From: an uncultured Chloroflexia bacterium
GTDB taxonomy: Bacteria; Chloroflexota; Chloroflexia; Thermomicrobiales; UBA6265
Direction of reading: 5' to 3'
DNA length: 64,000 nt
Assembly: GCA_963724295.1 (NCBI GenBank)
Contig: CAVRUC010000003.1
Location: 64,001 to 128,000 of the forward strand
The position numbers and the translations under genes were made by a program. Shown here in pieces: positions 50,578-61,045 of this stretch. Position 1 is the stretch's first letter; every line of letters starts with the position of its first letter. The notes under the pieces were generated by a model. That model saw only the letters and a program-made list of their open reading frames with translations, made no database searches and was not told where the DNA came from.

Positions 50578-50795
50578 TCTCTAACCTGGTCGTCAGTGAG
50601 TTGCCGGTGGAGGAACGCTACAGCTACGTCTTCGAGGGCAACAGTCAGGCGCTCGACCACATGCTACTCAGCCCGGCCCTCATGCAGGCCGCAGTGCCGG
50701 GGACGTTCGACATCGTCCACGTCAATGCCGAGTACGCCGACCAGGTCACTGACCATGATCCGCTGCTCGCCCGGTTCCTGCTCGTTACGCCTTAG
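50578..50795 (+). pseudogene. C-terminal remnant of an ExeM/NucH-like EEP nuclease
   Basis: RYSYVFEGNSQALDHML...HVNAEY...DHDP. The upstream frame is non-homologous, low-complexity sequence. Confidence 0.7.
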
Positions 50796-51217
50796 GCAGA
50801 GGTGATCAAGGACGCTGTGCACCGGAGCTGGGCTTAGCCAGCAGCCGATCTGATTTCTCACTGACGATTTCACCCATGAGCCCCATATACAGAACATCTA
50901 GAACCAGTCGTGCTGCGGTTCACTGCGGAGGATGTGGTCGTGATGGCGGCGGATTGATGCGTGTCTCTTACCCTGAGAACGTAAGTCCGAGAGAGGACGG
51001 CACTGTCATCAGCCTCCACACTCATTCCCGTAGTCGTTATTGCAACAATGGATGGAGTCCGGATGGCAGCAGGCACAACCGCTGTTCGTCGCTATGCGGT
51101 GAGGGTCACGCGGCTGCGCACGGCGATCGCGTGTAACGCTGCGCCCTCCTCCCGACACTACACCCACAGTCGCCGTCTCGGGTGATTGTGGTGTTTCGTT
51201 TCCCCAAGGAGGACGCC

Positions 51218-51553
51218 GTGAGCCAGCAAGCCTTTGATGCCTTCACCCGCCGTGCTGCCGAGGGCGTCACCCGTCGCAAGTCCCTCTTTGCGCTGGTCGC
51301 CGCCGCGCTCGGCGCGACTGCCGCCCCGGCTCTGGTCGAGGCAGGGGACCGCAGTATGTGCAACAGGCGGTGCGCGGCGCAGGCCGACACCTGTGCCAAT
51401 ACCGTTTTCGCCTTTTGCGATGCTAACTTTGGCACCGTTTCGGCCCGTGAACAGTGCAATGCAAGATGTGGTGCCTGTTGCGATGACCTCAGTCGCTGTG
51501 ACCATCTTGATGTGGAGAACAGCGTGTATTGTCTTCTCGGATGCGCCCCCTGA
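51218..51553 (+). CDS. Small Cys-rich protein with a twin-arginine signal
   Basis: AAGGAGG RBS and GTG start; FDAFTRR...TRRKSLF plus a hydrophobic core; 11 Cys in the ~70-aa mature part. Confidence 0.75.
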   Translation: MSQQAFDAFTRRAAEGVTRRKSLFALVAAALGATAAPALVEAGDRSMCNRRCAAQADTCANTVFAFCDANFGTVSAREQCNARCGACCDDLSRCDHLDVENSVYCLLGCAP

Positions 51554-51859
51554 CCTAGACAGCCGAATGCCGACAAGATGGGCGCGTGCCCGCTTCTCTA
51601 CACAACACAATCCCAATGCAGCGATCGCCCGCCTCCGCTTCACCCTGAATCAGGCTGGGATATTGCGGCGTGAGGAGACTCCGCTTCACTGCTGGCGACG
51701 CGGAACGGGACACCGCGGTCTGAGCGGAGTTTGGGGATTGCAGCCCGCGGGTGAACAGACTGGCCCAGGCGCAAGCCTTCTCACCTGAGCTCGGTCTCGG
51801 CCCGTTACTCGGTCGACCTGCCGAGCCGACCGTTACCACCGCGCTTGCCCGCACGAGAC

Positions 51860-51886
51860 GAGGCCCGGGTTGATTGCCCGGGCCTC
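51860..51886. terminator. Hairpin downstream of tatA
   Basis: GAGGCCCGGG-TTGATTG-CCCGGGCCTC. Confidence 0.45.
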
Positions 51887-51935
51887 GGAACATCTCGTGA
51901 GCCTGGCCCCACGACTTGCGGCGGGGCGGGAGCGT

Positions 51936-52238
51936 CTAGATCGCGTCGCGTGAGGTCGGTACGGTGCGAACCTCTTCGACCCGCACGGTCTCACCGGTCT
52001 CGTCGACCACGTCCTCAGACGCCAGTCGCGCACCATCGGCATCTGAACGGAGCGTCGTCTCCGTCGCGGTCGCCGTGGTCCTGGTCGATGCCGGCACTAC
52101 CGGTGCCTGCGCTTCCTCGCGGAACTCTTTCACGCCTTGACCGAGGGATTTCGCGATTTCCGGCAGCTTGCCCGCGCCGAAGATGATCATGATGATGACG
52201 AGCACGATGACGAGCTCTTGCCAACCGAGTCCAGCCAT
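51936..52238 (-). CDS. tatA: Twin-arginine translocase TatA/E subunit
   Basis: GWQELVIVLVIIMIIFGAGKLPEIAKSLGQGVKEFR. Confidence 0.93.
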   Translation of the reverse strand: MAGLGWQELVIVLVIIMIIFGAGKLPEIAKSLGQGVKEFREEAQAPVVPASTRTTATATETTLRSDADGARLASEDVVDETGETVRVEEVRTVPTSRDAI

Positions 52239-52343
52239 GAATGTCCTCCCCGTGTGGGGTGTCGTCGCTATCCGGCGCCCGCGGGTTCCGGTGAGCCGGG
52301 GCGTACGCCGCTGTTTCTACCACGAACCGGGTCGGTCGCGCCG

Positions 52344-53991
52344 CTACGGAGTGATCTCGACTCGCATCCCGACCGGCGCCCACTGGTACATCCAGTCCGC
52401 CACGTCCACCGGCACGTTGACGCAGCCGTGGCTCATCGGGGCGCCGAAGTTGTTGTGCCAATAGGTGCCGTGGATGGCGTGGCCGCGATCGGTGAAATAC
52501 ATCACGTCCGGGCACGTCCGGCACGTTGTAGTACTCCCCGCCCAGCACACCCTCCATCGTCTGTGACGGGAGCTTGGAGAGGACGTGGTAGCTGCCGGCA
52601 GGGGTGGCGAACTTGGCCGTCCCCGTGCTGATGAATCCCTGCCAGAGCACCTGATCGCCCTGGTAGGCCCACAGGTACTGCAGCGTAATGTTGATCTGCA
52701 CCCATTTCTCGCCGTTGGGATCCGCCGGCGCGCCGCTGACGGTTGTCATCGGCGGGGTGAAGAGCGATTCGCTGTAGACCGGAAGCTCCCCCTGGGCCAT
52801 CGGGGTGGTGTCGAGACGCAGGCGCTCGACCATCATCTTGCCGATGGGAACCACCGCCGGCGGCTCGCCGCCGCGCTGGGCCAGCGTGCCGCGCTCGAAG
52901 ACCTGGTAGGTGACGCCGTCGACCTTGTACGGCTCGGTCAACGGGTTGCCGAGGTACCCGGACTCGCCGGACGCTTCCCAAAACGCCTTGAATCCGCCGG
53001 CCACCGCGTGACCCGTCTCGGGTACGAAGCGCCACGTCTCGGAATCGGCTCGGCCGGTGACCTCCAGCGGCGCCCAGGCCCGTGCCGCCAGCGCCGACTC
53101 GTTCACCACCGAGCTTCCACTTCCGGACGCCCGGCGCAGCACGAAGGGCTGCAGCTGCCGTCCCAGCTCACCAAATTGGACGACCATCCCGTTCGGGTCT
53201 TCCGGGTGGTACTCGAAGCGACCGAAGTCGTAGTACTGGACGATGCGGCCGTTCTCCTGGAACTCCGGCGTCAGGGGAAAGCCCCACGACGAGGCGCCGC
53301 CCCACGCCCGCCAGCTATCGAGGAAGACCCCGTCGACAGCGTGACCGGTTTCGGGGATATAGACGGTCCGGGGCGGGGCCCAGTTCGCGTATCCGGGCGG
53401 CGGCCCGGAGGGTGGTGGCGCCAGCCAGGGGGTCGTCACCAACTCGGGGACCTCTTCCTCGGGTGCAGCCGAGGTCTCGCTCCCGTCAATCGTGCCGTCA
53501 GGGGCGGCGGCCTGCTCCTGCGTTACCAGCTGGCCATTCGCGTCGTAGGTAACGGACATCCCGGTGGCGGGATCGATCAGGTTCCCGGCCTCATCGAAGT
53601 AGAGACCCGCGGCGGCGTCGATCGGTGCACCGTCGGGTCCGATCGCCAGCGGAGCGCCGCTGACCGGATCGATCATGTTGCCGTTGGCGTCGTACGTCGG
53701 CGCGACCTCGACCGGCGCGGCGTCTACCGGCGCGGCCTCGACCCAGCCGTCGTCGGCACTCCCATCCCAGACGCCGGCGATGGTCTCGTCGACATTCGCG
53801 CTGATGTCGGTCATCTGCGCGTCGGCGGTGGGATCGACCCAGTCCCCCTCGCTCTGCGCCCGCGCCGAGGACGGCAGGACGGCCGTTCCAACGGCTGTGA
53901 GCAGGAACGACGCCACGAGCAGGACCGCCAGCGCCAGCGGCCCCCGCCGGGCCCGGATCTTGCGCGCTCTCCCTCGACTCCGCCCTGTCAT
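52344..53991 (-). CDS. L,D-transpeptidase family protein, frameshifted near 52512
   Basis: PETGH repeats and ISTG...TPAG in one frame; AIHGTYWH...SHGCVN in the next frame. Confidence 0.85.
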
Positions 53992-54278
53992 CGGCGCGTC
54001 CCTCTCACACGATCATTGCACGCTCAACCGCCGCCACGGGCCCAACCCCCGATGATGGCGAGCGCATCGCTTGCGGCACGTCACTCGGCGGGGATGGCAG
54101 GCAGGTCACGGACGTCCGTCGTGCTCGCAGTCTAGCGAACGAGACGGCTCTCCGCAATCCTCTGTGACAGTACGTACACAAGAAAACCGCTAAAGGATCG
54201 GGGTCGAGCCCCTTGCGCCGAATTTCCGTGCCTTTCTGGCACCGGTCATTGACGATCGGGATCGTGCCGCGGCCGAGT

Positions 54279-54372
54279 TAGGGTAGGGTGATGGGGTCAT
54301 AGGGTGATAGGGCGATTGGCTATTGGCCATCTGACGACTCACGACTCACCGACTTACCGACTTACCGACTCC
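54279..54372. repeat. GGGTGAT-like and (C/A)CGACT(C/T)A 7-mer tandem repeats
   Basis: TAGGGTAGGGTGATGGGGTCATAGGGTGATAGGG ... GACGACTCACGACTCACCGACTTACCGACTTACCGACTCCC. Confidence 0.7.
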
Positions 54373-54375
54373 CGG

Positions 54376-54927
54376 CTAGTGCGCTCCAAATCCCGCCTCT
54401 TGGGGAAGACGGGGGGCGTACCAGCCCATCCGGTAGCGGAAGGCGCCATCGGCACCGGGACGGCGGCCGACCGTGCGGAAACCGATACCCTCGAACCAGC
54501 CCTTGCCGACTTCGTCGGCTTCGACCGTCATCGGCTTGCGCCCGCAACGGCGAAGAGCGTCGACGAGCGCGGACCGCCCGTAGCGCTGCCCGCGCCACGA
54601 TGGCGCGACCGCCAGCCAGGGCAGCTCGTAGCTCAACCCCGCTTTGCGCAGTCCGTAGACGGCGATCAACTCATGGCCGTCGAGCCAGCCGTAGATGGCG
54701 CCCTCTGGGTCGTCGCGCAGCGCGCTGATTGCCGCGGCGGCAGCCTCTGCCGATCCCAGCGATGGACAATCGGCGAGCATGCGGGCCGCCTCTGGATCGA
54801 GCTCGAACGGCGAGCGGTCCCCATCCCGGATCGCGGGCGACGCCGGCGTCGCCCCTACGAGCCGTCTCGCCGTGACCCTCCGGGTGCCCCCGTCTGACGT
54901 GACCCTGCGGGTGCCCCCGTCTGCCAT
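54376..54927 (-). CDS. GNAT family acetyltransferase
   Basis: LAVAPSWRGQRYGRSAL motif A and WFEGIGF. Confidence 0.8.
   Translation of the reverse strand: MADGGTRRVTSDGGTRRVTARRLVGATPASPAIRDGDRSPFELDPEAARMLADCPSLGSAEAAAAAISALRDDPEGAIYGWLDGHELIAVYGLRKAGLSYELPWLAVAPSWRGQRYGRSALVDALRRCGRKPMTVEADEVGKGWFEGIGFRTVGRRPGADGAFRYRMGWYAPRLPQEAGFGAH
54871..54924. repeat. 27-bp tandem duplication
   Basis: CGTGACCCT(C/G)CGGGTGCCCCCGTCTG(A/C) occurs twice. Confidence 0.85.
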
Positions 54928-56223
54928 TCAGAGCGACTCGAGGAGTGTGGCAAATGGCTTAGGATCGGTATACGGACCGAGCAGGGCCAGGCTCAGCCGG
55001 TCGGGGCGGAACAGTTCCCGCGCCAGCTCCTGGACCTCTTCGGCGGTGACGGCGTCGATCTTCTCCATCACCTCTTCCGGGGTCTTGATCTCGCCGTAGG
55101 TCGACTCCTGCGAGCCGATCCAGGCCGCCACCGAGCGGCTGTCCTCGAACCCCATCAGCAGGCGGCCCTTGCGCAGCTCCTTGGTGCGAGCGAGCTCATC
55201 CTCCGGCACTCGCTCGTCGCGCAGCTTCCGCAGCTCCCCCACCAGGGCCTCGACGGTCTCCTCGACGCGCTCCAGATCGGTTCCCGCCGCCAGCACGCCC
55301 TGCCCGACGTCGGCGTACGGCCGGAAGTAGCCGAAGACCGAGTAGACGAGACCGCGCTTCTCGCGGATCTCCTGGAAGAGACGAGAGCTCATCCCCGAGG
55401 AGAGGATGGCCTCGATCGTCGATTGCACGTAGCGCCGTTCGGTTGAGTAGGGCAGCGCCGGCATGGCCAGACAGAGGTGGGCCTGCTCGGTCTCGCGCTC
55501 GATGAGCCGCACCCGCGCCTCGTTCTGGTCCTCGACGGTATCGGTCGTCTCATCCGGCGCCGGGTGCTCCGTGAGGTCGCCGAAGTAGCGCTCGGTCAAC
55601 GCGACGACCTCGTCGTGCCGCACGTCGCCGCCGGCGGCGATGACCAGCCGGCTCGGTCCGTAATTCCGCTGCCAGAAATCGACCATCGTCTCCCGGTCGA
55701 TCCCGCCGACGGTCTCCTCGGTGCCGGCGATCGAGCGACCGATCGGTTGGTCACCCCAGACCACTTCGTCGATGACGTCGTGGACCAGCTCTTCCGGGGA
55801 GTCCTGCGTGGCGCGGATCTCCTCGAGGATGACGAGGCGCTCCTTGTCGAGCTCGGCGGGGTCGACGACTGAGTTGCGGACGATGTCGGCCAGAACGTCG
55901 TACCCGGCCGCGAAGTGCGACGACGGCGACTTGAACCAGTAGCTCGTACCCTCGCGGGACGTCGCCGCGTTGAGCACGCCGCCAACGCCCTCGATCTCCT
56001 CGGAGATCTGCATCGGATCGGGACGGCGCTCGGTGCCCTTGAAGAGCATGTGCTCCAGGAAGTGCGACACCCCGGAGATGCGGGCGGGCTCGTAGCGCGA
56101 GCCAACGGAGTAGGAAACAATCAGGGTTCCGCTCTTGACCCCGGTCATGGGTCCGGTGACGACCCGCACGCCATTGGGAAGCGTCGTCTTGTGGTACGGG
56201 TAGGGAGCCTCGACCTGCTGCAC
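54928..56223 (-). CDS. M16 family zinc peptidase
   Basis: HFLEHMLFKGT (inverted HxxEH) and SSRLFQEIREKRGLVY. Confidence 0.94.
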   Translation of the reverse strand: MQQVEAPYPYHKTTLPNGVRVVTGPMTGVKSGTLIVSYSVGSRYEPARISGVSHFLEHMLFKGTERRPDPMQISEEIEGVGGVLNAATSREGTSYWFKSPSSHFAAGYDVLADIVRNSVVDPAELDKERLVILEEIRATQDSPEELVHDVIDEVVWGDQPIGRSIAGTEETVGGIDRETMVDFWQRNYGPSRLVIAAGGDVRHDEVVALTERYFGDLTEHPAPDETTDTVEDQNEARVRLIERETEQAHLCLAMPALPYSTERRYVQSTIEAILSSGMSSRLFQEIREKRGLVYSVFGYFRPYADVGQGVLAAGTDLERVEETVEALVGELRKLRDERVPEDELARTKELRKGRLLMGFEDSRSVAAWIGSQESTYGEIKTPEEVMEKIDAVTAEEVQELARELFRPDRLSLALLGPYTDPKPFATLLESL

Positions 56224-56425
56224 TTTGGTTCGGGGGTTCACGGAAACGGACAACCAGAGCTCCTGCATCTAGACACGGCCGCGGCGGCCGCCTGTCGCCA
56301 CCTTCAAGTTAAGAAATCCCGGCGGCCGGTTTGTTCGGTCTGAACCCATTGCCTGTCGGGTACCGTAGAGTGTACGCGGAAGACCGGCGTCGCGAGGACG
56401 CGGCGGGACAGCGGGAGGTTTGAGG

Positions 56426-56884
56426 ATGGATCCGATCGTGGCGAAGATCGCCGAGCAGTTTCAGGTGGTCCACGGACTGCTTCGCGACGAGGTGCGCGAT
56501 CTCTCTGTCGACGAGCTGAACTGGAAACCGGCGCCGGAGACGAACTCGATCGCGGTTCTGGTGGTGCACACGCTCGGTTCCGAAGCCGAGGTCCTGCGCG
56601 TCGCGGCCAACGTGCCGGGCGAGCGCGACCGGCCCGCCGAGTTTCGGGTCACGGCGAACAATGCCGAAGATCTGTTGCGCGAGATCGATCAGGCCGACGC
56701 GTACATCGAAGCGATGGCGCCGCGGATCACCGCCGACGATCTCGCCGCCGAGCGTCCGCGCGGCGACCGCCCGGCGGAGACCGGACTGCACTGGCTGCTC
56801 ACCAATTACGGCCATGCCCGCGAGCACCTGGGGCATATCCAGCTCACGAAGCAGCTCTACGCCGAATCCAATCAGGCGCGCTGA
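56426..56884 (+). CDS. DinB/DUF664-like protein
   Basis: LNWKP...NSIAVLVVH...RDRPAEF...HAREHLGH. Confidence 0.8.
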   Translation: MDPIVAKIAEQFQVVHGLLRDEVRDLSVDELNWKPAPETNSIAVLVVHTLGSEAEVLRVAANVPGERDRPAEFRVTANNAEDLLREIDQADAYIEAMAPRITADDLAAERPRGDRPAETGLHWLLTNYGHAREHLGHIQLTKQLYAESNQAR

Positions 56885-56891
56885 CCCGGGC

Positions 56892-58118
56892 TCAGCCAGC
56901 CGGCGTCAACTCCGGCAGCAGGTTCTCCAGCGCGGTCATGAGGGCCTCCAGATCATCCCGCGTGTTGTAGCCCTGGAACGAAACGCGGATGAACGGTTTC
57001 TCGTCCCACGACGTGATGGGCGCCTCGACCCGATATTCGTCGTAGAGGCGGCGCTTCAGCGCCTTGCCGTCGATCCCCTCGGGCAGGGGGGCGACGGCCA
57101 TCTGGCGAAACCAGCGATACCCGTCGGGACTCTCGACCGGCGCGAGCCGCGGCAGACCGGAGAGCGCGGCGATCCGCTCCCGCGCTTCCAGCGCGAGGGC
57201 GTGGCATCGCTCGCGCACGGTTTCCCAGTCACGGGATTCCTGGTACGCCACCGCCGCCGGGGCGGAGAGAAACGCCGCGATATCGCGGGTGCCCTGGATC
57301 TGATTGCGGGAGACGAACTGGTTCTCCGGCCGGTAATGGTCGTTTCCTTCCACCCAACCCCAGGAGACGATCGGTGACTCGAGCCAGTGCTGCTGGTCCG
57401 GGCGAGCATAGAGAAACCCGGAACCTTTCGGCGCGCAGAGCCACTTGTGAAAGTTGCTGGCGTAGAGATCGGCGCCGATAGCGTGCAGGTCGACGGGCCA
57501 TTGACCGACCGCGTGCGCGCCATCGACGACAGTGAGGATTCCCGCCTCGCGCGCCCGCCGCGCCACCGCCTCGACGGGAAGGCGCAACGCCGTACCGGAG
57601 GTGACATGGGAGAGAAAGATTGCCCGCGTGCGAGGCGTGACCGCGGCGAAGATCGCCTCGACCACCTCGTCCGGCGAGGTCAGCGGCAACGGCACATGCG
57701 CCTTGACGTAGCGCGCGCCGCGCACCCGGCAGAACCACTCCCAGCTCCGCTCGCAGGCGCCGTACTCCAGGTCGGTGCCGACCACCTCGTCGCCAGGCTC
57801 GAGTCGGAGGGACTTGGCCACGATGTTGATCCCGGTCGTGGCGTTGGGCACGAAAACCAGATCGTCTCGCTCGCAGCCGAGATAGGCCGCCATCGCGGCG
57901 CGAGCCTCGTCCAGCAAGTCCTCCGCGCGCCGTCCCAGGAACTCGACCGGCTGCCGCTCCAGCTCCCGCTGCCAGCGGCCATATTCGGCGAACACCGGCT
58001 CCGGCGTGGCCCCGAACGATCCGTGGTTGAGAAAGACGACGTCGGGATCGAGCAGGAACTCCTGGCGCAGCGCCTCCGCCGGCGGCGCGCTCACGGGCAT
58101 GGACAGGGTCAGGGGCAC
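56892..58118 (-). CDS. PLP-dependent class V aminotransferase fold (isopenicillin N epimerase / C-S lyase-like)
   Basis: FLNHGSFGA, PNATTG, VDGAH, NFHKWLCAPKG and QGTRD. Confidence 0.88.
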   Translation of the reverse strand: MPLTLSMPVSAPPAEALRQEFLLDPDVVFLNHGSFGATPEPVFAEYGRWQRELERQPVEFLGRRAEDLLDEARAAMAAYLGCERDDLVFVPNATTGINIVAKSLRLEPGDEVVGTDLEYGACERSWEWFCRVRGARYVKAHVPLPLTSPDEVVEAIFAAVTPRTRAIFLSHVTSGTALRLPVEAVARRAREAGILTVVDGAHAVGQWPVDLHAIGADLYASNFHKWLCAPKGSGFLYARPDQQHWLESPIVSWGWVEGNDHYRPENQFVSRNQIQGTRDIAAFLSAPAAVAYQESRDWETVRERCHALALEARERIAALSGLPRLAPVESPDGYRWFRQMAVAPLPEGIDGKALKRRLYDEYRVEAPITSWDEKPFIRVSFQGYNTRDDLEALMTALENLLPELTPAG

Positions 58119-58136
58119 GAGATCCTCCCGAAATAG

Positions 58137-58178
58137 CCCTCACCCCCTACCCCCTCTCCCATGGCCATGGGAGAGGGG
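58137..58178 (+). repeat. REP-like palindrome (second copy)
   Basis: CCCTCACCCCCTA followed by a perfect 28-bp palindrome CCCCTCTCCCATGG|CCATGGGAGAGGGG. Confidence 0.75.
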
Positions 58179-58212
58179 AACGTAGAGGTCGTGAATGGGT
58201 TCGAGGCAGAGG

Positions 58213-60045
58213 CTAGAGGTCGCCGCGACCCGGAGGCGCGTCAGCGCCGATGTAGAGCTCGGCCGGCACCGTGCTCATCGCGGAGTACCCCGGCCAGTGA
58301 ATGCTGGTGATGCCGTTGGCGTCCGGCTCCAGCGCCGCGCCCTTCACCCACGGTTTCACGAACTGGACAGGAGTCCCGTGAAAGATGAAGACCGCCGGCA
58401 CGTCCTCGACGAGGATGCGCTCCGCGTCCTGGAACATCTTTGTCCGCTCGTCGGGATCCCCGATGAACGAGGCCGCGTCTTTGACGAGTTGATCGAACTC
58501 TTCGTTCGCCCAGGAGTGGCGCCCTCCGGAGAGCCAGACCGAGAGCATGTTGAACGGGTCGAGGAAGTCCATGCCGTAATCGACCCACCCGAAGAGCACT
58601 TCGGTCGGCTTCGCGGTCAGGGCATCCATGAAGGTGTCCTGATCGACGTCCTGCACCTCGACCGCGATACCCAGGTTCTCACGCAGCATGTCCCGCGACC
58701 GCCTGCGACACCGAGCCGGTCAGTGGGTTCGGGTTTCGTACTTGCAGCACCTGAGCTGGAAAGCTCGATCCGTCGGCAAAGCCCGCGCTCGCCAGCAACT
58801 CTTTCGCCATTGCCGGATCAAAGTTCTGAATGCTGGAGAGTTCCTCGCCGTTTGCGGCCGGGAATCCCGGCGCCAGCCAGGAATAGGCAGGAATGCCCGC
58901 CGGTCCCAGGATTTGCTGCTTGATCGCGTCCCGGTCGATGGCGTGACTGAAGGCTTGTCGCACCTCGAGCGAGTCGAACGGTGCCTTCGTGACGTCGAAG
59001 AACAAATAGTACGTGCGGAAGTCGCCAACCGAGGAATAGATCTGGTCCGGGAACTCGGCCTGTGCCACCAGGAGATCGGCCGGAGCCGGGTCCATGCATG
59101 AAGTCGATCTCATCGTTCTGGTACATGATGAACCAGGTGCCGGTATCGGCGAGCTTGATCACCACCCGGTTGACCGGCACCTGCAGCGAGCCCTTGGTAA
59201 TCGGGGTTCTTCTCGTAGACGACCCGCTGGTCGACCAGCCACTCGGCCAGCCGCATCGGTCCGGAGCTCACCGAGGTCTCCACGTTGGAGTTGTAGAGGG
59301 GACCATGCTCCTCTAGTGCCGCGGCCGAGAGCGGGCAGGAGTAGAGAAGCATGGACGGCAGGTACGGCGCCGGCACCTGCGTCTCGATGATCAGCTCGTG
59401 CTCATTCGCGCCCTGGCGCACGCCGAGCTCCTCGAGCGGGATCTCGCCGGCAATCGCCTCGTCCCATCCCTTCATGACTCCCTGGAAATACCAGGTGAAG
59501 TCCCAGGCATGAGCCGGGTCCGCGCCGTAACGGAACGTCGCCACCCAGTCGTTAGCGGTGACCGGGTTGCCATCATTCCACATCAGGGCCGGATCGAGCG
59601 TGAAGGTCCAGACGGTGCCGTCTTCGTTCCCGCTCCACTCCAGCGCCGCGGCTGGGATAATCTCGAAGTCTCGGTTCAGGCGAACCAGGGGATCGGAGAA
59701 GATATCGGATGACCCGTCCGATAGCCGCTCGTAGACCGACTCATAGAAGTCCGGCGTCTTGTCGAGATTCGGCTTGGTTCGGCACGACGTAGACCTGCTG
59801 GTCGGGCGGAGCCGCATCGTCGGGCAGCGCGACATCCTGAGCGCGGGCATGCCGCCGCCGCCGGGCCGAGCCGCAGGTCTCGCCCGCCGAGCGCCATCAG
59901 CCCGGCAAAACCGAGAGTGCCGCCCAGCAGCGAGCGACGCCGCAGCCGCTGATCCATGAGCGCGATGCGCCGCGCGATGACGGACGGATCGCGTGGGATC
60001 GTCCGATCCGGGAATCAGCGGCCGGGATACCTTCTTTTCGCTCAC
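58213..60045 (-). CDS. Tat-exported oligopeptide ABC substrate-binding protein (OppA-like), interrupted by about six frameshifts
   Basis: Fragments [35 protein letters not shown] and W.MDFLDP fall in alternating frames. RBS GAGGAGG precedes GTG 60045. Confidence 0.75.
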
Positions 60046-60116
60046 GTCGAGCCTCCTCAATATCTGATACGTCATCGGCGCCGCCCGCGCCGTCGCGGGC
60101 GTGCTCCGTATGGCGG

Positions 60117-61043
60117 CTAATTCTGGCGCGGGTCCATCGCGTCCCGCAGACCATCCCCGACGAAGGTGAAACCGAGCATCGCCAGGGCGATGGCCAGCGT
60201 CGGGAAGAATCCGAGATACCAGTAGACGCGAATGTACTGCGCGCTGTCGGCGACCATTTTACCCAGACTCGGCGTCGGCTCGTTGATGCCGATACCGAGA
60301 AAGCTCAATCCCGCCTCGGCGAAGATCGCGGTCGGGATGGCCAGGGTGATGGCGACGATCAGCGGCGCCAGGGCATTGGGCAGCAAGTGGCGGACGGCGA
60401 TCCGCGCTTCGGGCATGCCGAGAGCTCGCGCCGCTTGCACGAACTCCTGTTCGCGCAGCATCAGGAGCTGCGATCTGGTCAGCCGGCAAAGTGTCACCCA
60501 GCTTGTCACCCCGATCGCGATGATGATGTTGCGCACGCCACCGCCCATGACTGTCACGAGGAACATGGCAAAGAGAATTCCGGGGAAGGCGACCATCACT
60601 TCGACCGCGCGCATGACCGTGAAGTCGACCCAGCCGCCGCGCAATCCCGCCGCCAGGCCCAGCGGGATGCCGATCAAACAGGCGATGGCCACCGCCGAGA
60701 ACCCCACGATCAAGGAGGTGCGCGTGCCGTAGATCACCCGCGTCAGCACGTCACGACCGACGGCATCGGTGCCGAAGGGATACGTCGCGCTCGGAAACTG
60801 GTTCGCCGACATCAGATTGGCCGCCTCGATCGACGTCGGCGCGATCAGCGGGGCGAACAGGGCAACCCCAACCAGGAAGCCGGTGATGACCAGACCGATG
60901 ACTGCCAGACGCTGCTGGAAGAAGCGACGCAGGGCACGACGGGTGTTCGAGACCGGCCGTCCCGCGATCCCCTCCAGGGTCTGGACCGGACTCGCCAGCA
61001 ACTCGGTCTCAATACCGACGCGGCCGGGAGCCATGGTGCCCAT
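60117..61043 (-). CDS. Oligopeptide ABC permease (OppC-like)
   Basis: [32 protein letters not shown] and [10 protein letters not shown]. Confidence 0.9.
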   Translation of the reverse strand: MGTMAPGRVGIETELLASPVQTLEGIAGRPVSNTRRALRRFFQQRLAVIGLVITGFLVGVALFAPLIAPTSIEAANLMSANQFPSATYPFGTDAVGRDVLTRVIYGTRTSLIVGFSAVAIACLIGIPLGLAAGLRGGWVDFTVMRAVEVMVAFPGILFAMFLVTVMGGGVRNIIIAIGVTSWVTLCRLTRSQLLMLREQEFVQAARALGMPEARIAVRHLLPNALAPLIVAITLAIPTAIFAEAGLSFLGIGINEPTPSLGKMVADSAQYIRVYWYLGFFPTLAIALAMLGFTFVGDGLRDAMDPRQN

Positions 61044-61045
61044 CG

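Noticed and set aside
51036..51049. Imperfect palindrome GTTATTGCAACAAT upstream of the Cys-rich gene
   Set aside because: Single short occurrence that cannot be assigned to a regulator.
52500..52525. Programmed frameshift in the L,D-transpeptidase
   Set aside because: No slippery heptamer is present. A one-base indel in a short G/C run matches the error pattern seen elsewhere.
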